From: Marinobacter sp.
GTDB taxonomy: Bacteria > Pseudomonadota > Gammaproteobacteria > Pseudomonadales > Oleiphilaceae
Direction of reading: 5' to 3'
Assembly: GCF_052091845.1 (NCBI RefSeq)
Contig: NZ_JBQDCO010000008.1
Span: forward strand, 16,180 to 80,179
Length of the DNA: 64,000 nucleotides
A model generated the notes under the pieces. It was given only the letters and a program-made list of their open reading frames with translations, made no database searches and was not told the DNA's origin. Position numbers and translations under genes: made by a program. Below, piece by piece: positions 15,545-24,460 of the stretch (positions within the stretch are counted from its first letter, which is position 1; every line of letters starts with the position of its first letter).

Positions 15545-16906
15545 ATGACAGAACAAACGACCGCCCCGCTGGAAGACAGCTACAGCCTGCAGGCCATCAG
15601 CACCATTGTTCAGGAACACCAGGCCCTGTGGCGTATTCTGGATTTGCTGGACCAGCTCCAGCACGACATGAACATTAATGAGCAAAAGCCCGACGAAACC
15701 CTGTACAGCAATATTTTTGATTATATCCAGCACTTTGCACGTCGCGTGCACAGTTCTCCTGATGAAATCGTGTTGTACCGGCTGTTGGCAGAGAAATCTC
15801 CGGAGACCAAACCGCTGCTGGATAAGCTTGCCCATGGCTATGTGATTGGCGATGAGAAAATCAACGAGCTGCGCCATCTGTTGATGCGGTGTATGGAGCG
15901 CTGGCCTGAAGGTCGGGAAGAGTTGAGTCACGCGTTGGCTCGATTCACCGAAGCCTTGCGTAAGCACATCAAAAAAGAAGAGGGTGTGGTCATACCCAGG
16001 GCCAGAAAAAACCTGAGCGAAGACGACTGGCGCCTGATTATTGAGTCCCGCGACCAGGCGAATGACCCGCTATTTGGTGAGCGGGTGCGGGATGAATTCC
16101 GCGAGCTACGCCATAAAATCATAAGCTTCACGCCAGAGCGCCTCGGTGGCCTGGGGTTGCACCATGCACCGCGTAGAAGCGCACAGAATGCGGCCGAAGA
16201 GATGCTGGCCATCAACGGCCTTAAAACTTCCTACGGTCAGATTGAAGCCCTGCACGGCGTGGATATTCGCATTAACAGTGGTGAAATTGTTTCGTTAGTG
16301 GGAGCGAACGGTGCAGGTAAATCCACGCTACTAATGACGATTTCCGGCCTGCAGCCCACCGATAGCGGATCGATCAGCTTTGAAGGAAAGGACTTGCTGA
16401 AAGTGGGTGCGGATCAGCGTGTTGCGAACGGCATCGTTCAGGTTCCCGAGGGCCGTCAGGTATTCAAGGATCTAAGCGTTGAAGATAACCTGCTGCTGGG
16501 CGCCTACACCCGTGGCCGCAACCCGGAGGTAGAAGACGATCTTGAGAGCATGTATGAGAAGTTTCCCATACTGCGTCAGAAACGCCGTAACCTGGCGGGA
16601 GAGTTGTCTGGCGGGCAGCAACAGATGCTGGCTATGGGGCGGGCGTTAATGGCAAAGCCCAGGCTATTGCTGCTGGACGAACCCAGTATGGGGCTGGCGC
16701 CGCTGATCATTGAGGAAATCTTCAACATCGTCAAAGAGCTTAAAAACGAAGGCATGACCATTTTCCTGGTGGAGCAGAATGCCTCCCAGGCGCTCGCGCT
16801 TGCCGATCGCGGCTATGTGCTGGAAACCGGCCGCGTGGTGGTGGAAGGTACTGGCCGAGAGTTGTTGAGCAACGAGAAGGTGCGGGAGGCGTATCTGGGC
16901 ATGTGA
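15545..16906 (+). CDS. LivF-like ABC ATPase fused in frame to a 219-aa hemerythrin-like (HHE) N-terminal domain
   Basis: The C-terminal half is a full LivF-type NBD: the canonical start MLAINGLKTSYG is retained at ATG 16202, with Walker A GANGAGKST, LSGGQQQ and LLLDEPS. The N-terminal half has H / HxxxE-like helices (QEHQALW, VHSSPDEIVLY, LAHGYVIGDE, RKHIKKEEGVVIPRA...LSEDDW). There is no stop between the two halves. Confidence 0.75.
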   Translation: MTEQTTAPLEDSYSLQAISTIVQEHQALWRILDLLDQLQHDMNINEQKPDETLYSNIFDYIQHFARRVHSSPDEIVLYRLLAEKSPETKPLLDKLAHGYVIGDEKINELRHLLMRCMERWPEGREELSHALARFTEALRKHIKKEEGVVIPRARKNLSEDDWRLIIESRDQANDPLFGERVRDEFRELRHKIISFTPERLGGLGLHHAPRRSAQNAAEEMLAINGLKTSYGQIEALHGVDIRINSGEIVSLVGANGAGKSTLLMTISGLQPTDSGSISFEGKDLLKVGADQRVANGIVQVPEGRQVFKDLSVEDNLLLGAYTRGRNPEVEDDLESMYEKFPILRQKRRNLAGELSGGQQQMLAMGRALMAKPRLLLLDEPSMGLAPLIIEEIFNIVKELKNEGMTIFLVEQNASQALALADRGYVLETGRVVVEGTGRELLSNEKVREAYLGM

Positions 16907-16967
16907 CCTATGGCGTTGTTCAGCCCGCCGCGTTTAAATAGCCATGGGTCTGAACAGGTGCCATAAT

Positions 16968-17008
16968 AAAAACCGCCAGCCGCTTTATTAAGCGTTGGCG
17001 GTTTTTTT
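16968..17008. terminator. bidirectional rho-independent terminator between the ABC operon and paaZ
   Basis: GC-rich stem ccgccagc/gcgttggcgg (one G-U pair) flanked by an A-run upstream and T7 downstream. Confidence 0.75.
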
Positions 17009-17011
17009 GTG

Positions 17012-17036
17012 GCCGGAATTCTTATTCCGGCTTTTT
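17012..17036 (+). terminator. second tandem hairpin plus T-run
   Basis: gccggaat-tctt-attccggc followed by ttttt. It overlaps the last codons of paaZ on the opposite strand. Confidence 0.5.
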
Positions 17037-19067
17037 AGCAACCAGCGTCAGAATGTCGTAGCTGGCAACCAGCTCTTCTTCCTGATTGGTAACCTGAACA
17101 TCCCAAACAACCACACCTTGCGGGTGGCCATCAGGTGACGTGCGGCCCTGGTCGATCTTGCGTTTGCAAGTCAGGCGGGCGCGAATGGTATCGCCTGGTG
17201 CGACTGGCTCGATGAAGCGCAGTGCGTCCAGGCCATAGTTAGCCAGCACCGGGCCTTCGCCGGGATCAACAAACATGCCGGCTGCGGCAGATAACACGAA
17301 ATAGCCGTGGGCTATGCGCTTGCCGAACTGGCTGTTCTGGGCGGCAATCTCATCAAAGTGCATGTAGAAATGGTCGCCCGACAAGCAGCCAAAGTTCACG
17401 ATATCCGCTTCTGTCACCGTGCGACGATGGGTCAGCAGCGATTGGTTGATTTGCAGGTCTTCAAAGTGATAACGGAACGGATGAATGTCGTTCTCGATCA
17501 CTTTGGCACCGCGAATATACTCGCCAGTGACCGCTGCCAGCATGGTTGGCGAACCTTGAATGGCGGTGCGCTGCAGGTAGTGATACACGGCACGAATACC
17601 GCCGAGTTCTTCACCGCCACCAGCGCGGCCCGGGCCGCCGTGCTTCAGCATAGGCAGGGGAGAGCCATGGCCTGTAGATTCCTTGGCGGCTTCTGCATCC
17701 AGCAGATGCAAACGGCCATGGTAGGCAGCCAGTTTTGGCGCAAGCGTCGCGATGGTTGCCGGATCTCGAGTGGTAACCGTGGTCACCAGAGAGCCACGGC
17801 CCTTTGCGACCAGCTCTACCGCTTCGTCCAGGGTGTTGTAAGGAATGATTGTGGCAACCGGGCCAAAGGCCTCAATGTCGTGTGCGCCACAGCCGTTTTC
17901 CGGGTTGCGACACAGCAGCAGGTGCGGCTCGATAAAGGCGCCTTTCTCTGTGCCCTCGCCGGTAGGCTTGAAGGTGCCGTCGCCGCCGAAGACCAGTTCA
18001 CTGGTTTTTTGCAGTTCCTGGATATTGGCTTTTACGTCTTCCAGCTGATCGAGAGAAGCCAAAGCACCCATGCGCACGCCTTCTACCGAAGGGTCGCCGG
18101 TGGTGATTTTCGACAGCCGCTCTTTGAGCTTTTCGCAAACTGCGTCTACCTGGTTATGAGGCACCATAACACGGCGAATGGCGGTACATTTCTGGCCTGC
18201 TTTGGCCATCATTTCCCGGCCCACTTCCCGCACAAACAAATCGAACTCTTCGTGCTCGGGTGTCACGTCCGGCGCCAGAACCGCACTGTTCAGAGAGTCT
18301 GCTTCGGCATTGAATGGAATGGAGCGGTTGATGATGTTCGGGTGGTTACGCAGCATACGGGCGGTTTTGGCCGAGCCGGTAAAGGTCACCACATCTTGCT
18401 CTTCCAGGTGCTCGAACAGATCGCCGGTGCTGCCGATGATCAGCTGCAAGCTGCCCTCTGGCAAGGCGCCAGATTCTTGCATCAGGCGCACGGCCAACTC
18501 GGTCACGTAACAGGTGGAGGTGGCCGGCTTTACGATGGAGGGCATGCCCGCCAGGAATGTGGGGGCAAACTTCTCCAACATTCCCCACACAGGGAAGTTG
18601 TAGGCGTCGATATGCACCGCCACGCCGCCACGGGGCACCATAATGTGGGTACCGGCGAAATGGTTGTTTTTACCCAGGGGTGTGACCGGGCCCTCGTGTA
18701 CCACGTTACCGGATGGCAGCTCGCGGCGACCCATGCTGGCGTACGAAAACAGCGTGCCGAAACCGCCGTCGATATCTATGCCGTTGTCCGCTTTGCTGGA
18801 ACCTGTATGCATCGACATCGCGTAGAGTTCTTTTTTGTGCTCTTGCAGGTACATCGCCATGGCTTTAAGTGCCAAAGCGCGTTCCTGAAAGTCCATAGCC
18901 ATCAGCGTTTTACCGCCAACGGTGCGGCCGTATTCCACAGCCTTTTTAAAGTCCAGCGTGTCGTCGTGAGTGTGCGCAACGATCTCGCCGTTGATGGCGC
19001 TGGGCAGGGCTTTAGCTTGCTGTTCGCCAACCCACTCGCCGGCAATAAAGCTTTTAAGAACTGACAT
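17022..19067 (-). CDS. paaZ: bifunctional oxepin-CoA hydrolase / 3-oxo-5,6-dehydrosuberyl-CoA semialdehyde dehydrogenase PaaZ
   Basis: 681 aa. N-terminal aldehyde dehydrogenase domain plus C-terminal MaoC-like hotdog hydratase domain ([20 protein letters not shown]). paa context. Confidence 0.9.
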   Translation of the reverse strand: MSVLKSFIAGEWVGEQQAKALPSAINGEIVAHTHDDTLDFKKAVEYGRTVGGKTLMAMDFQERALALKAMAMYLQEHKKELYAMSMHTGSSKADNGIDIDGGFGTLFSYASMGRRELPSGNVVHEGPVTPLGKNNHFAGTHIMVPRGGVAVHIDAYNFPVWGMLEKFAPTFLAGMPSIVKPATSTCYVTELAVRLMQESGALPEGSLQLIIGSTGDLFEHLEEQDVVTFTGSAKTARMLRNHPNIINRSIPFNAEADSLNSAVLAPDVTPEHEEFDLFVREVGREMMAKAGQKCTAIRRVMVPHNQVDAVCEKLKERLSKITTGDPSVEGVRMGALASLDQLEDVKANIQELQKTSELVFGGDGTFKPTGEGTEKGAFIEPHLLLCRNPENGCGAHDIEAFGPVATIIPYNTLDEAVELVAKGRGSLVTTVTTRDPATIATLAPKLAAYHGRLHLLDAEAAKESTGHGSPLPMLKHGGPGRAGGGEELGGIRAVYHYLQRTAIQGSPTMLAAVTGEYIRGAKVIENDIHPFRYHFEDLQINQSLLTHRRTVTEADIVNFGCLSGDHFYMHFDEIAAQNSQFGKRIAHGYFVLSAAAGMFVDPGEGPVLANYGLDALRFIEPVAPGDTIRARLTCKRKIDQGRTSPDGHPQGVVVWDVQVTNQEEELVASYDILTLVAKKPE

Positions 19068-19087
19068 GTACTAAAACTCCAAAAAAA

Positions 19088-20164
19088 CTATTCGTCGTAA
19101 TCGAGGGTAACCTTGTCACTGACCGGATAGCACTGGCACGACAACACGTAGCCGGCTTCCACTTCGTAGTCTTCCAGGGCAAAGTTCTGGTCCATCTCCA
19201 CTTCGCCTTCCACCACTTTGGCACGGCAGGTGGAACACACGCCGGCTTTGCACGAGAACGGTAAGTCCGCACCCTCCTCGTTGCCTGCCTCCAGAATACT
19301 TTTTGTATCCCGCACCAGGTCGAAGGTCATGGCACGGCCGTCGGCCTTCACGGTGACCACACTCACAGCTTGCGGGTCGACCTTGGCTTCTGCCCGGTCT
19401 TTGCGTTGCTGTGGCACACCGCCCGCGGGGGTGAACAGCTCAAAATGAACATGGGACTTGTCCAGACCATGGCGCACCAGCGAATCCCGCACGGTCTCGG
19501 TCAATAGCTGCGGGCCACACAGGAAAGCGCCGTTGAGATTCTTGGCGTCGATCCAGTGATCGAACAACTGGTCGCATTTGTCCGCATCGATGCGACCGTT
19601 ATAGAGGTCTATGTCCTGTTCTTCCCGAGTGAAGATGTACACCAGGTTGAAACGGGTCATGTATTCGTTTTTCAGGTCCTGAAGCTGATCCCGGAACATG
19701 GTGCTGGCCGTTCCCTTGTTGCCATAGAACAAGGTGAACTGGCTCTTGGGCTCGGTTTCCAGGGTAGTCTTCACAATGGACAGAATGGGGGTGATACCGC
19801 TGCCCGCTGCTACCGCCAGGTAATTACCTTCGCGCTCCGGGTCCAGATCGATGCCGAAGGTGCCTTGGGGGGGCATGACTTCGAGGGTGGAACCCGGCTT
19901 TAGCTGTTCGTTGGCAAAGTTCGAGAATACGCCGTTATCAACACGCTTGACCGCGATGCGCAGCTCTTCATCGTTAACGCTGGAGCAAATGGAGTAGGTG
20001 CGACGCACTTCCTCACCGTTCATGTGCGTGCGCACTACAATGTGTTGCCCTTGCTTGTACTTGAATTTTTCTGCCACATCTTCTGGCAGATCAAAGCACA
20101 GGGATACGGCGTTTCTTGTTTCCGGTCTGACCTCTTTGAGGGCCAGCGAGTAGAATTTATTCAT
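19088..20164 (-). CDS. paaE: phenylacetyl-CoA 1,2-epoxidase reductase subunit PaaE
   Basis: FNR-like FAD/NAD domain (RTYSICS, AGSGITP) plus a C-terminal plant-type 2Fe-2S motif (CKAGVCSTCRAKV). Start moved to ATG 20164 (MNKFYSL...), which avoids overlapping paaD. Confidence 0.9.
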   Translation of the reverse strand: MNKFYSLALKEVRPETRNAVSLCFDLPEDVAEKFKYKQGQHIVVRTHMNGEEVRRTYSICSSVNDEELRIAVKRVDNGVFSNFANEQLKPGSTLEVMPPQGTFGIDLDPEREGNYLAVAAGSGITPILSIVKTTLETEPKSQFTLFYGNKGTASTMFRDQLQDLKNEYMTRFNLVYIFTREEQDIDLYNGRIDADKCDQLFDHWIDAKNLNGAFLCGPQLLTETVRDSLVRHGLDKSHVHFELFTPAGGVPQQRKDRAEAKVDPQAVSVVTVKADGRAMTFDLVRDTKSILEAGNEEGADLPFSCKAGVCSTCRAKVVEGEVEMDQNFALEDYEVEAGYVLSCQCYPVSDKVTLDYDE

Positions 20165-20177
20165 GATCGTATCGGCT

Positions 20178-20735
20178 CTATATGCATTTGAAATAGTCGA
20201 AGGGCTCAAGGCAGTCGCGACAACGGTAAAGCGCTTTGCAGGCCGTTGAGCCAAATTCGCTAATGCGCTCAGTGTGCTCGCTGCCGCACAGGGGGCAGGC
20301 GATCACCTCGTCGACGCCCAGCAGGCTCATCTTGCTGGCCCCGCCACGGGGCGGGGCAATGCCAAACGCCCGAAGCTTTTCCCGGCCTTCATCGGTGATC
20401 CAGTCGGTGGTCCAGGCGGGCGTCAGCACCTGCCTGATCTGCGGGTCGCGGATGCCTGCAGCACGCAGGGCCTCGGCAATCAGCTCTTCAATAAGCTCGG
20501 TGGCCGGGCAGCCGGAGTAGGTTGGCGTTACATCTACGGTCAGATGTTTACCGTCCCAGTCCACCCGTCGCACAATGCCCAGTTCGACCACGCTGATTGC
20601 GGGCACCTCCGGATCCTTGACGTCGTCCAGCAGTGCCCAGATTGCGTCTTCTGTCAGCAAGGCCAGGTTGGCGTTTGCCGGAACCCGGTCGCTGGCAATC
20701 AATATATCGACAGAGGATGGTTCACGTTCATTCAC
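20178..20735 (-). CDS. paaD: phenylacetyl-CoA epoxidase subunit PaaD
   Basis: DUF59/SufT-like N-terminal domain (DPEVPAISVVELGIV) and a C-terminal Cys cluster (CPLCGS...CRDC). Positioned between paaC and paaE. Confidence 0.85.
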   Translation of the reverse strand: MNEREPSSVDILIASDRVPANANLALLTEDAIWALLDDVKDPEVPAISVVELGIVRRVDWDGKHLTVDVTPTYSGCPATELIEELIAEALRAAGIRDPQIRQVLTPAWTTDWITDEGREKLRAFGIAPPRGGASKMSLLGVDEVIACPLCGSEHTERISEFGSTACKALYRCRDCLEPFDYFKCI

Positions 20736-20762
20736 CGGAGATACCCTCCCTAAAGGACAGAC

Positions 20763-21527
20763 TTACCAGGTGGTTGCATCCGGGTAGGCGCGAGGCAGAA
20801 ACTGCATCACGGCCAGGATATGCCCCAGATGTTCGGTGTGCTCGCCGTGCTTGCCGCCCATGTACATCCACGCGTCTTCCTCACCCGGTTTCAGCGTGGC
20901 CTGAGCCGAAACTTCCCGCACCATGCCAAACCAGTCCTGTTTCAGTTGCTCAGGGTCCGGGCCAATACCCGCCTTGAACATGGCATGGTCAACTTCGTCC
21001 GGCGTAACCAGTTCACCGGTGAAGCGCCATAGAATGTCGAATGCATCCTGAATCCGGCGGTGGCTTTCTTCGGTGCCATCGCCCATGCGGCGGATCCACT
21101 CGGAGGAACGGCGCAGATGGTAGGTGGCTTCCTTGATGGCTTTTGCGGCGACTGTGGCAACCCGCTCATCGCTGGCATCAACCAGGCTCTTCAGTGTGAA
21201 GTAATGCCACACGTCGAAGAAAAACTGGCGGGCCATGGTGATGGCGTAGTCTTCGTTGGGTTGCTCCACCATCAGCAGATTGCGATAGTCGTGAGCATCC
21301 CGAAGGAATACGAGGTTGTCGGCATCGCGGCCGTCGTCGATCAGCTCGGCAATGTACTCATACCAGTTACGAGCCTGGCCGATCAGGTCGAGCGCCACGT
21401 TGGTGGAGGCCAGCTCTTCTTCCAGAGCCGGCGCCTTGCCAACCAGTTCACTCAGGCGCTGACCCAGAATCATGTCGGAGTCGGCGAGGCGAAACAGATA
21501 TTGCTGCAGGGCTTCTTGCTGTGTCAT
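20763..21527 (-). CDS. paaC: phenylacetyl-CoA epoxidase structural subunit PaaC
   Basis: Ferritin-like four-helix-bundle protein (YLFRLADSDMILGQRLSE). Start at ATG 21527, preceded by GAGGAG. Confidence 0.85.
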   Translation of the reverse strand: MTQQEALQQYLFRLADSDMILGQRLSELVGKAPALEEELASTNVALDLIGQARNWYEYIAELIDDGRDADNLVFLRDAHDYRNLLMVEQPNEDYAITMARQFFFDVWHYFTLKSLVDASDERVATVAAKAIKEATYHLRRSSEWIRRMGDGTEESHRRIQDAFDILWRFTGELVTPDEVDHAMFKAGIGPDPEQLKQDWFGMVREVSAQATLKPGEEDAWMYMGGKHGEHTEHLGHILAVMQFLPRAYPDATTW

Positions 21528-21538
21528 AGGGCGGCTCC

Positions 21539-21820
21539 TCACATGTGTCCGACTTCGTCGGGCAGCTTGTAGAATGAAGCGTGCCGGTACACTTTGTCTT
21601 CCGACGGATCGAACAGGATTTCTTTTTCATCCGACGCAGACGCAGTAATGGTTTCCGAAGGTACAACCCAGATACTTACCCCCTCGTTACGACGGGTGTA
21701 TAGCTCGCGGGCGTTTTCCATGGCCATTTCGTTGTCGGCAGCGTGAACGCTGCCGACATGCTTGTGGTTAAGGCCGTGCTTACTGCGAACAAATACTTCG
21801 TAAAGGCGCCATTCAGACAT
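21539..21820 (-). CDS. paaB: phenylacetyl-CoA epoxidase subunit PaaB
   Basis: 93 aa. WRLYEVFVRSKHGLNHKHVGSVHA is the conserved PaaB core. Confidence 0.9.
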   Translation of the reverse strand: MSEWRLYEVFVRSKHGLNHKHVGSVHAADNEMAMENARELYTRRNEGVSIWVVPSETITASASDEKEILFDPSEDKVYRHASFYKLPDEVGHM

Positions 21821-21834
21821 TGTTGTTTCTCCTG

Positions 21835-22824
21835 TTATGCGGCTGCGCGCTGTTGTTTTTTGGCGGCGTAGGCAACGGCGGCATCCCGTACCCAGGTTCC
21901 GTCGTCAATGGCTTTGCGACGAGTGTCAATACGCTCACGGTTGCAGGGGCCGTTACCCTTAAGCACGTCGTAGAACTCTTTCCAGTTGATCGGGCCAAAA
22001 TCGTAATGGCCGGTCTCTTCGTTCCACTTCAGATCCGGATCCGGCGCGGTGCAACCGAGGAACTCAAGCTGTGGCACGGTCTGGTCGATAAACATCTGGC
22101 GTAATTCGTCGTTACTCTTGCGCTTGATCTTCCACACCATGGACTGCTGCGAGTTAGGCGACTCATCATCGTGGGGACCAAACATCATCAGAGCCGGCCA
22201 CCACAGGCGGTTGATGGCGTCCTGCACCATGTCTTTCTGTTCCTGAGTACCTTCACGCATCATATCCAGCAGAATCTGGTAACCCTGACGCTGGTGGAAG
22301 CTCTCTTCTTTACAGATGCGCACCATGGCGCGGGAATACGGACCGTAAGAGGTGCGCTGCAGTACTACCTGGTTCACGATGGCGGCACCATCCACCAGCC
22401 AGCCGACGGCACCCATGTCAGCCCAGTTCAGGGTAGGGTAGTTAAAAATACTGGAATACTTGGCCTTACCGTCGTGCAGCTTCTGAATTTCTGCGTCACG
22501 GTCGGCGCCCAATGTTTCCATGGAGCTGTACAGGTACAGACCGTGGCCTGCCTCATCCTGAATTTTTGCCATCAGTTGCAGTTTGCGCTTCAGCGTGGGC
22601 GCGCGAGTTACCCAGTTACCTTCCGGCAGCATGCCGACGATCTCTGAGTGGGCGTGCTGCGAAATCTGACGAACCAGGGTTTTCCGGTAGCCTTCAGGCA
22701 TCCAGTTTTTGGCTTCAATTTTGGTTTCGGCGTCTACCTTTTCCTGGAAGTCCCTTTCTTCGGGAGACATCTCTTCCAGGGTTTTAAGGCGCTTGGTGCC
22801 GGTATCAACCATCTGTGCGTACAT
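21835..22824 (-). CDS. paaA: phenylacetyl-CoA 1,2-epoxidase catalytic subunit PaaA
   Basis: 329 aa. Di-iron ferritin-like oxygenase with EAGH and EESFH carboxylate/His motifs. First gene after an AT-rich promoter region. Confidence 0.9.
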   Translation of the reverse strand: MYAQMVDTGTKRLKTLEEMSPEERDFQEKVDAETKIEAKNWMPEGYRKTLVRQISQHAHSEIVGMLPEGNWVTRAPTLKRKLQLMAKIQDEAGHGLYLYSSMETLGADRDAEIQKLHDGKAKYSSIFNYPTLNWADMGAVGWLVDGAAIVNQVVLQRTSYGPYSRAMVRICKEESFHQRQGYQILLDMMREGTQEQKDMVQDAINRLWWPALMMFGPHDDESPNSQQSMVWKIKRKSNDELRQMFIDQTVPQLEFLGCTAPDPDLKWNEETGHYDFGPINWKEFYDVLKGNGPCNRERIDTRRKAIDDGTWVRDAAVAYAAKKQQRAAA

Positions 22825-22912
22825 AATTCTCTCTCCGAACAGTGCTTATCAGGTCTGCTGAGGGCGTTCAGCAGGGCCTGCGACGAGTCACAGGCTGTAC
22901 TTTCATACTATA

Positions 22913-22951
22913 TGATACTGAATAAATATCAAGGAAAGGTGTTTTGTATCA
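22913..22951. promoter_or_regulatory. candidate PaaX operator TGATAC-N27-GTATCA upstream of paaA
   Basis: Perfect 6-bp inverted half-sites with a 27-nt spacer, 89-127 nt upstream of the paaA start. On the minus strand a possible sigma70 promoter (TTGATA-N16-TAGTAT, 22905-22932) overlaps it. Confidence 0.6.
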
Positions 22952-23047
22952 TGTTTGCCTTGTTAGACTTTCGTCTAAAATATAACTATTTGAAAAACAA
23001 CACTTAGTGGTTCTCAATTAATGATTGCTTTCAAGTGAACAAAACAG

Positions 23048-23093
23048 GAAGAAAAAATAAATGGCCGGAGTGAGGTGGCTAAACACTCCGGCC
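23048..23093 (-). terminator. rho-independent terminator after paaK
   Basis: Perfect 10-bp stem ggccggagtg/cactccggcc with an 11-nt loop, followed on the minus strand by a T-rich run (atttattttttc). Confidence 0.7.
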
Positions 23094-23100
23094 ACGGGGG

Positions 23101-24306
23101 TTATTCCTTGCGCCGATCAAATACCCGCTTGGCTTTGCCTTCAGAGCGGCTGAGGGTGCCAGCATCCTGCACGTATACCGTGGTGCTGATGCCTATGTAG
23201 GATTTGATGTGGTGGCTTAGCTCCTTGGCAGCGTTCTCTTTGATGTCTTTGCCTTCAGCTTCGGCTTTCAGTTCAACGCGAACATCCACACAGTCCAGAT
23301 TACCTTTCTTGTACACCTCAATTTCGTAGTGAGGGGCCAGAGCGCGGCACTTGAGCACCTGCTCTTCAATCTGGGTGGGGAATACATTCACCCCACGGAC
23401 AATCAGCATATCGTCGCTGCGGCCGGTAATTCTGTCGATGCGACGCATGGGGCGCGCGGTACCGGGTAGCAGGCGAGTAAGATCGCGGGTACGGTAGCGC
23501 AGTACCGGCATCGCCACCTTGGTAAGCGAGGTGAATACCAGTTCGCCGTATTCGCCATCGGGCAGCACTTCGCCGGTTTCCGGATTGATGATTTCGGGAT
23601 AGAAGTGATCTTCCCAGATGGTTGGGCCATCTTTGGTTTCGAGGCACTCCATACCCACGCCTGGCCCCATCACTTCAGACAGTCCGTAGATGTCGAGCGC
23701 CTGAATGCCCAGTCGGCTTTCCAGCTCTGTGCGCATTTCGTTGGTCCAGGGCTCCGCTCCGAAGATCCCAAGTCGCAACGGAAGCGTCTTGGGGTCAATG
23801 CCCTGGCGATCCATCTCGTCGGCGATGTTCAGCATGTAAGACGGCGTCACCATGATGATATCCGGCTCGAAATCCTGGATTAGCTGAACTTGTTTCTCGG
23901 TTTGCCCGCCAGACATGGGGATAACCGTACATCCCAGGCGCTCGGCGCCATAATGAGCGCCAAGGCCACCGGTAAAAAGGCCGTAGCCGTAGGCAACATG
24001 AATCTTGTCACCGGCGCTACCGCCACTGGCACGAATGGAACGGGCCACTATATCGGCCCAGGTTTCAATGTCGCTTTGGGTGTAGCCCACGACCGTAGGC
24101 TTGCCTGTTGTGCCGCTGGAGGCGTGCACACGAACGACTTTCTTCATGGGCACGGCGAACATGTTAAACGGGTAATTCTCGCGAAGATCATCCTTGCCGG
24201 TAAATGGAATTTTGGCGATGTCCTCCAGGCTGTTGATGTCCATTGGCTTCAAGCCAATAGCGTCAAAAGCATTACGATAATGCGGCACGTTGGTAAGGCG
24301 TGCCAC
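23101..24306 (-). CDS. paaK: phenylacetate-CoA ligase PaaK (long ORF; N-terminal ~36 codons lie in another frame, apparent 1-nt frameshift)
   Basis: AMP-binding motif SSGTTGKPTVVGYT, YGLSE, RYRTRD, SEGKAKRV. The expected N-terminus MNLPMQKLGKLDRMETASVDELRHEQLQRLRWSVWHA is encoded from ATG 24407 (with RBS) in a different frame and joins LTNVPHYRNAF only if one nucleotide is added near 24297-24300. Confidence 0.8.
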   Translation of the reverse strand: MARLTNVPHYRNAFDAIGLKPMDINSLEDIAKIPFTGKDDLRENYPFNMFAVPMKKVVRVHASSGTTGKPTVVGYTQSDIETWADIVARSIRASGGSAGDKIHVAYGYGLFTGGLGAHYGAERLGCTVIPMSGGQTEKQVQLIQDFEPDIIMVTPSYMLNIADEMDRQGIDPKTLPLRLGIFGAEPWTNEMRTELESRLGIQALDIYGLSEVMGPGVGMECLETKDGPTIWEDHFYPEIINPETGEVLPDGEYGELVFTSLTKVAMPVLRYRTRDLTRLLPGTARPMRRIDRITGRSDDMLIVRGVNVFPTQIEEQVLKCRALAPHYEIEVYKKGNLDCVDVRVELKAEAEGKDIKENAAKELSHHIKSYIGISTTVYVQDAGTLSRSEGKAKRVFDRRKE

Positions 24307-24460
24307 ACACTCCAGCGCAGGCGTTGAAGCTGCTCGTGGCGAAGCTCGTCCACGCTGGCGGTTTCCATCCGGTCGAGCTTTCCGAGTTTTTGCATGGGTA
24401 AATTCATAGTTGTTTCCTATCTTGTTCTTGTTGGCCCGAGTGTTTGTCGGGTCAGCTTAT

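Noticed and set aside
17307-19064. 585-aa ORF on the + strand, fully inside paaZ
   Set aside because: This is a mirror-frame ORF antisense to a strongly supported gene. Its translation is Arg/Gly/Ala/His-rich low-complexity sequence with no recognisable motif, no RBS and no independent intergenic context. Such ORFs are a typical artefact of GC-rich coding DNA.
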